A stretch of 32,000 nucleotides of DNA, taken from Cylindrospermopsis raciborskii Cr2010 (GTDB taxonomy: Bacteria > Cyanobacteriota > Cyanobacteriia > Cyanobacteriales > Nostocaceae). Below the pieces are notes generated by a model that was not told the DNA's origin, did not search any database, and was given only the letters and a program-made list of their open reading frames with translations. The stretch spans positions 3,480,001 through 3,512,000 of the forward strand of contig NZ_CP065936.1 in NCBI RefSeq assembly GCF_003367075.2, read 5' to 3'. Positions within the stretch are counted from its first letter, which is position 1. Every line of letters starts with the position of its first letter. The position numbers and the translations under genes were made by a program. Below are positions 27,387-32,000 of the stretch, one piece after another.

Positions 27387-30300
27387 TCATTCTAAATCCT
27401 CTAGAAGCTCTCCAAGTTCGCTTTCTGATAAATCCACCAATTGGAAATCAGAAGCACTATAAAATGACGAGTTAGCCGAATCGGAATTAGTGAGATACAA
27501 ACCTAAACTTTGTAAATATGTTTTCGCTATATTCTCGATAGTTTGATCATAATGTATATTCCTACTATAAGACCATTCAACTTGCAAAATCTTATCCTGT
27601 ATTTTGGCATTGATAGCTAAAATATGGGTACGCTGTTGTAAGGCAAATACGCCTGCTCCTACGGGAGCATCACTGACACTAAAGTTATGATTATCCCCTA
27701 ATGGACTGTCCAGGCTACCTAGATAATTAAAACTAATATCAGCATTTTTACTCTCTTTTAAAGGCTGATTTAGGTTGAGATAACGTAGTAACCCAAAACT
27801 AATTCCATGGTGAGGAATCGTTCGTAATTGGTTTTTAATCTCTTTGAGGAGAATTTCATGATTGTCTGGATTGGTTGGTTGTTTAAGCAAGATAGGATAA
27901 AGACAGGTAAACCACCCCACTGTTCTAGAAAGATCCAAGTTATGGCCTATGTCTTCCCTACCATGTCCTTCTAAGTCAATCAGCCACTGATCCGATTTGT
28001 ATATACTGATGAGGGTATTTAATAATGCAGCTAACATAATTTCCTGCACGCTAGCGTGATAGGTAACAGTCGCTTGTTTTATCAGTGTTACGGTTTGTTC
28101 TGCAGTAAGGTAAGTGGATATAATTGCCGTGCTATCCACAGAATTATTGCCTGACTTATCCACAGGTAGGGGAGTAATTACAGCATTCAGAATATCCTTC
28201 CAGAATGGAGTATCTTGAGTCATTTTGGAGGATGCCAAGCTGTGTAAGTGTGTAGTCCATGACCTATAGGATGCTGTTTTTACGGGTAGAGAAAGGGGGG
28301 AATTAGGTTGTTGTAGTTGGTCTAGTTGATCTATAGTTTGTTGGTAGGCCTGATTTAAGTCTTCTAGCAAAATACGCCATGACACCGCATCTATAATTAA
28401 ATGATGAGCAAATATAAACAGCACGTCACCATAATTATTCAAGTTTCTACCGCAGAGAATTCTTATTAATGGCGGTCTGTCAAGTTTAAAACTGCTATGT
28501 TCTGTTTCTAATGCTGAATTTAAAAATGCCAGGTGGGTAGTTGGTAAATAATGGCTAAAATCTATAATTTTCACATTGGGACTTTTGGCCTCACCCACAT
28601 AGAACTGTTGCCATTCCCCTTCATTTTCGGCAAACCCAATGCGGAAAATATCGTGATGAGATACCAAGGTATGTAGGGCTACTACTAATGCATCCGTGTT
28701 TACGGGTTGTTTGCAAGTCAAGGCCACAGACTGATTCCAGTGATGGGGATGGAGAAAGTTTTGGGCAAAAAACCAATTCTGAATGGGGGAAAGGGGAATA
28801 AACCCAGTTAAAGGCTCAACAATTTCCGTTTGCGTTTCCATCAATTTAGCCCTGGTGGCTATGCGGGAAAGGGTTTGTCCCTCGAAAATATCTTTGGGGC
28901 TAATTTCCCACCCTGCTGCACGAGCGCGAGTTACCATTTGTAAGCTGATAATTGAGTCTCCCCCCATTTCAAAAAAATTATCCTGCGGATTAACGGTTTC
29001 TAGTCCCAGTAATTCTATCCAAATTTGGGCGAATATTTGTTCTATATCCGTTTTGGGTATGACTTCCGTACTTGAAAAATCGGGTGTTGCTAACCTCTGG
29101 CGGTCTATTTTACCATTGGGAGTTAGGGGCCATTCATCTACCACTATGACCGCACCCGGAATCATATAATCAGGTAATATTTTTGCCAGGTGTTCTTTTA
29201 AATCATTTGGTTGTTCCCTACCCTCCACTGGTTTTATCAAAGCGTATCCCAGAATACGATTACGTCCTATTAAATCTGTCCGCAGTACAGCTAATGCACT
29301 CTCTACAGCCTCGTGTTTAGTTAAAGCCGCTTCTATCTCTCCTAACTCTATACGATAACCGTTAATTTTAACTTGATTATCATAACGCCCTATAAAGCGA
29401 ATGTTGCCTTCTGGATCATAAACAGCGCGATCGCCAGTTTTATAAAGCCTAGATCCTGGTGTTTTGGTAAAGGGATGGGGAATAAATAAAGCTGCTGTCA
29501 AACCAGGGCGTTGTAAATAACCACGTGCTAAACCAATGCCCCCGATATAAATTTCACCGATCACACCGGGAACAACTGGCTCTAAAAATGAGTCCAGAAG
29601 GTAAATTTCCACATTGGGGATTCCTTTGCCAATACTTGGTTCCCCAAGCAAGTGGGTACAGTCTATTAAACTGGCACACACTGTTGCCTCTGTGGGTCCA
29701 TAAGCATTAAAACATCTCCGTTGCCCTCTACCCCAGCGCCGTAGCAAATCTCCAGAAACAGCTTCTCCAGCCAAAATCAAGGTCTGTAATCGAGGCAAGT
29801 CTTGGGTATCAATTGATGCTACTAACGATGGAGGAAGGGTGACATGGGTAATTTCCCAGTTTGTTAATTTCTGCCACAGTTCGGAACCAGGAGAACGATG
29901 TGCCTGGGATTGTATATATAACACAGCCCCACTACCCAAGGACATAAAAATCTCCGCTATAGCAGAGTCAAAATTCAAAGCAGCAAATTGATAGACACAA
30001 CTTTTTGCTGTGACACCAAAACTCATTGTCTGACATTGCACCAGGTTTTGAATTCCAGAGTGGGTAACTAAAACACCTTTTGGATTACCAGTAGACCCAG
30101 ATGTATAAATTACATAAGCCAAATTTTCCGGTCTCACCTTTAAATTCAACCTGGGATGATTCCCCTTTGATTCCAAATTCCTAATATCTAAGACTTGGAG
30201 ATTTTCTTGTAATGGCAATCCTATGATGTTGTTAGTCAATATTACTGATACTTGACTATTTTCTATAATAAATCTTAGCCTATGATCAGGATAACTACGA

Positions 30301-32000
30301 TCCAAAGGTAAAAATGCTCCACCAACTTTTAATACTGCCAATAGGGAAATAATATACTCAATACCAGGGTCAAAATACAACCCAACTATGGACTCATAAG
30401 CAATGCCAGTATCTACCAGTTGAGTCGCTAGATTGTTAGCACGGTTTTCCAGCTCACCATAGGTAATGCTATACTCATCACAAACCACAGCAATGGAATC
30501 AGGTTGGAGATCAGCATAGGACTCAAATAACTGATGGGCAGTTTTAAACCCTCCCTCTATTATAATATTACTCTCAGAAGCATTGATTAATCCTTCCCGT
30601 TCAGAAATTGACAAAGCAAGAACTTGCGCTAGTGTTTGTTCTGGTTTTAATGTCATATTGACGATGATATTACGAAAACGTAATATCAAATTTTCTGCAG
30701 CATTACCTGACAAAAACTTTGTTTGATAGTTTAGCTTTAACAACAACCCCTGATCAGGAATGACACCCACAGTTAACGGGTAATTAGTTCTTTCATAGAA
30801 TTGAATGTCATCAACCCTGAAATCCGGTAACTGTTTCTTTAAATTTTGGTCAACAGGATAATTCTCAAACACCAGCAGACTTTCAAACAAAGCTAAACCT
30901 GCTAGATTCAAATCTTTTTGGATATCAGCCAATTTGCTATATTCATACTCCCGCATTTCCAAATGTTGCTGTTGAATATTTTGCAACCAATCAGCAAGGG
31001 ATAGACTAGGGTCAATTTTCACTCGCATTGGCAAAGTATTGATGAAAAGTCCCACCATATTTTCCATGTTCGATAATTCTGGCGGTCTACCAGCAACAGT
31101 TACACCAAACATCACATCTTCACCTGCACCATGCTTTTGTAAGCACATTGCCCAAGCACCCTGAACAATTGTATTTAGCGTTAACCTTTGACTCTGGGCC
31201 ATTTTTTGCACTAGCTCAAATTCTAAGTCATCTAATCGTAATTCTACCTCTCGATATGCACTGGAATTATTTTCTAGGTCAGGAATTTCCCAGGCTAAAC
31301 GAGTACCAGTAGAAATCCCTACCAAATATTTTTGCCAAAATTGTTTAGCCCTTAGTTGATCACGACCTGTTAGCCATTGGATATAATGTCGGTAGGGAGG
31401 AACAGGTAGCAAGGAGTGGGGAACTCTTTCAGTAGCTGATTGGTATACGCTTAGTACCTCTTTAAAAATAACTGGTAATGACCAACCATCAAGAATAATA
31501 TGATGATGACTCCACAACCATTGCCATGTGGAATCGTCCAGACAAATAAGAGTAAATCGCATCAGAGGACTATCATTGAGATTAAATCCCTGCTCCTTAT
31601 CTTTCACTAAGTATTCGCCCATTTTCTCTATCTGTTGTGCAGGGGATAGGTCGCGCCACTCCTTATAAATCAGTGAAAATCCAGTTCCCTTGTTGACAAT
31701 TTGCAGGGGTTGATCTTGCTCTTCCCAAACAAAACAAGTACGTAAAACTGGGTGTCTGTCTACAATGACTTGCCAAGCATAGGCAAATTTATCAACATCC
31801 AATTTACCAATTATCTTCCCAGTTACTTGCTCAAAATAAATTCCTTGATCTGGTTCATAGATGGCATGGAACAGCATTCCCTGCTGCAAAGGAGAAAGGG
31901 GATAAATATCTTCTAAATGGGGATATTGATTTTGCAAAATATCCAATTTTGACTGGTTAAGTTGCGCAAGGGTAAAGTCTGTAGGTGTGTACTCACCCAC
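27387..32000 (-). CDS. NRPS, 3' part only (C-A-T-E plus C-terminal docking tail); the gene continues beyond the right edge
   Basis: 1537 codons in the window. The first M in the track is an edge artefact (GTG). C about aa 30-465 (HHHIILDG). A 485-970 (LAYVIYTSGSTGNPKG), code DSATIAAVCK. T GGDS1016. E 1062-1505 (HHLIIDAVSWR). Acidic tail ...DLSESELGELLEDLE. The entry sequence TPTDFTLAQLNQSKL...DIYPLSPLQQGMLFH resembles the E-to-C linker seen inside the downstream gene, which implies another E domain upstream. Confidence 0.95.
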   Translation of the reverse strand: MGEYTPTDFTLAQLNQSKLDILQNQYPHLEDIYPLSPLQQGMLFHAIYEPDQGIYFEQVTGKIIGKLDVDKFAYAWQVIVDRHPVLRTCFVWEEQDQPLQIVNKGTGFSLIYKEWRDLSPAQQIEKMGEYLVKDKEQGFNLNDSPLMRFTLICLDDSTWQWLWSHHHIILDGWSLPVIFKEVLSVYQSATERVPHSLLPVPPYRHYIQWLTGRDQLRAKQFWQKYLVGISTGTRLAWEIPDLENNSSAYREVELRLDDLEFELVQKMAQSQRLTLNTIVQGAWAMCLQKHGAGEDVMFGVTVAGRPPELSNMENMVGLFINTLPMRVKIDPSLSLADWLQNIQQQHLEMREYEYSKLADIQKDLNLAGLALFESLLVFENYPVDQNLKKQLPDFRVDDIQFYERTNYPLTVGVIPDQGLLLKLNYQTKFLSGNAAENLILRFRNIIVNMTLKPEQTLAQVLALSISEREGLINASESNIIIEGGFKTAHQLFESYADLQPDSIAVVCDEYSITYGELENRANNLATQLVDTGIAYESIVGLYFDPGIEYIISLLAVLKVGGAFLPLDRSYPDHRLRFIIENSQVSVILTNNIIGLPLQENLQVLDIRNLESKGNHPRLNLKVRPENLAYVIYTSGSTGNPKGVLVTHSGIQNLVQCQTMSFGVTAKSCVYQFAALNFDSAIAEIFMSLGSGAVLYIQSQAHRSPGSELWQKLTNWEITHVTLPPSLVASIDTQDLPRLQTLILAGEAVSGDLLRRWGRGQRRCFNAYGPTEATVCASLIDCTHLLGEPSIGKGIPNVEIYLLDSFLEPVVPGVIGEIYIGGIGLARGYLQRPGLTAALFIPHPFTKTPGSRLYKTGDRAVYDPEGNIRFIGRYDNQVKINGYRIELGEIEAALTKHEAVESALAVLRTDLIGRNRILGYALIKPVEGREQPNDLKEHLAKILPDYMIPGAVIVVDEWPLTPNGKIDRQRLATPDFSSTEVIPKTDIEQIFAQIWIELLGLETVNPQDNFFEMGGDSIISLQMVTRARAAGWEISPKDIFEGQTLSRIATRAKLMETQTEIVEPLTGFIPLSPIQNWFFAQNFLHPHHWNQSVALTCKQPVNTDALVVALHTLVSHHDIFRIGFAENEGEWQQFYVGEAKSPNVKIIDFSHYLPTTHLAFLNSALETEHSSFKLDRPPLIRILCGRNLNNYGDVLFIFAHHLIIDAVSWRILLEDLNQAYQQTIDQLDQLQQPNSPLSLPVKTASYRSWTTHLHSLASSKMTQDTPFWKDILNAVITPLPVDKSGNNSVDSTAIISTYLTAEQTVTLIKQATVTYHASVQEIMLAALLNTLISIYKSDQWLIDLEGHGREDIGHNLDLSRTVGWFTCLYPILLKQPTNPDNHEILLKEIKNQLRTIPHHGISFGLLRYLNLNQPLKESKNADISFNYLGSLDSPLGDNHNFSVSDAPVGAGVFALQQRTHILAINAKIQDKILQVEWSYSRNIHYDQTIENIAKTYLQSLGLYLTNSDSANSSFYSASDFQLVDLSESELGELLEDLE

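Noticed and set aside
17414-29710. Plus-strand ORFs inside the NRPS genes (17414-17650, 18569-18808, 19074-19298, 19744-19926, 21908-22207, 26627-26893, 28783-29169, 29525-29710) and the minus-strand ORF 19734-19946
   Set aside because: They are shadow ORFs, antisense or out of frame, within continuous NRPS reading frames whose core motifs are intact throughout.

Overview
The window looks like cyanobacterial chromosome. The HIP1 octamer GCGATCGC occurs 7 times, the sequence is AT-rich, and the gene content resembles filamentous Nostocales-type genomes. All calls come from reading the supplied translations and the DNA by eye; no HMM or BLAST search was run.

Left part (1-6902):
- 5' part of a universal stress protein (USP) gene on the minus strand, missing from the ORF track.
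- A divergent COG1926-type phosphoribosyltransferase gene.
- A tightly packed minus-strand block of four genes: a 1334-aa cytosolic hybrid protein (OmpR-type REC-wHTH, HPt, REC, 2 PAS, histidine kinase core, 2 REC), a single-domain receiver, and two tandem Uma2/DUF820 nuclease-fold genes. The two Uma2 copies are 100% identical over 401 bp and then diverge sharply.

Middle (6903-16147):
- A 531-bp repeat-rich divergent control region.
- A contiguous bidirectional [NiFe] hydrogenase operon: usp-hoxE-hoxF-hoxU-hoxY-(CBS-CP12 fusion)-hoxH, followed by a hairpin terminator.
- coaE, then a convergent GH13 glycoside hydrolase gene that overlaps coaE by 4 nt.

Right half (16336-32000):
- Two colinear minus-strand NRPS genes. 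One is cut by the window edge and reads ...C-A-T-E. The other is complete and reads C-A-T-C-A-T-E-C-A-T.
- Specificity codes read by hand predict D-aromatic, Thr (probably dehydrated to Dhb), D-Gln, Gly. To my recollection this matches residues 4-7 of hassallidin-type glycolipopeptides.
- The assembly line ends in a carrier domain with no release domain and abuts housekeeping genes.

The most unusual items are the all-in-one phosphorelay/transcription factor next to the hox operon, its apparent operon link to the mosaic Uma2 pair, the degenerate CBS-CP12 inside hox, and the release-domain-less NRPS edge.
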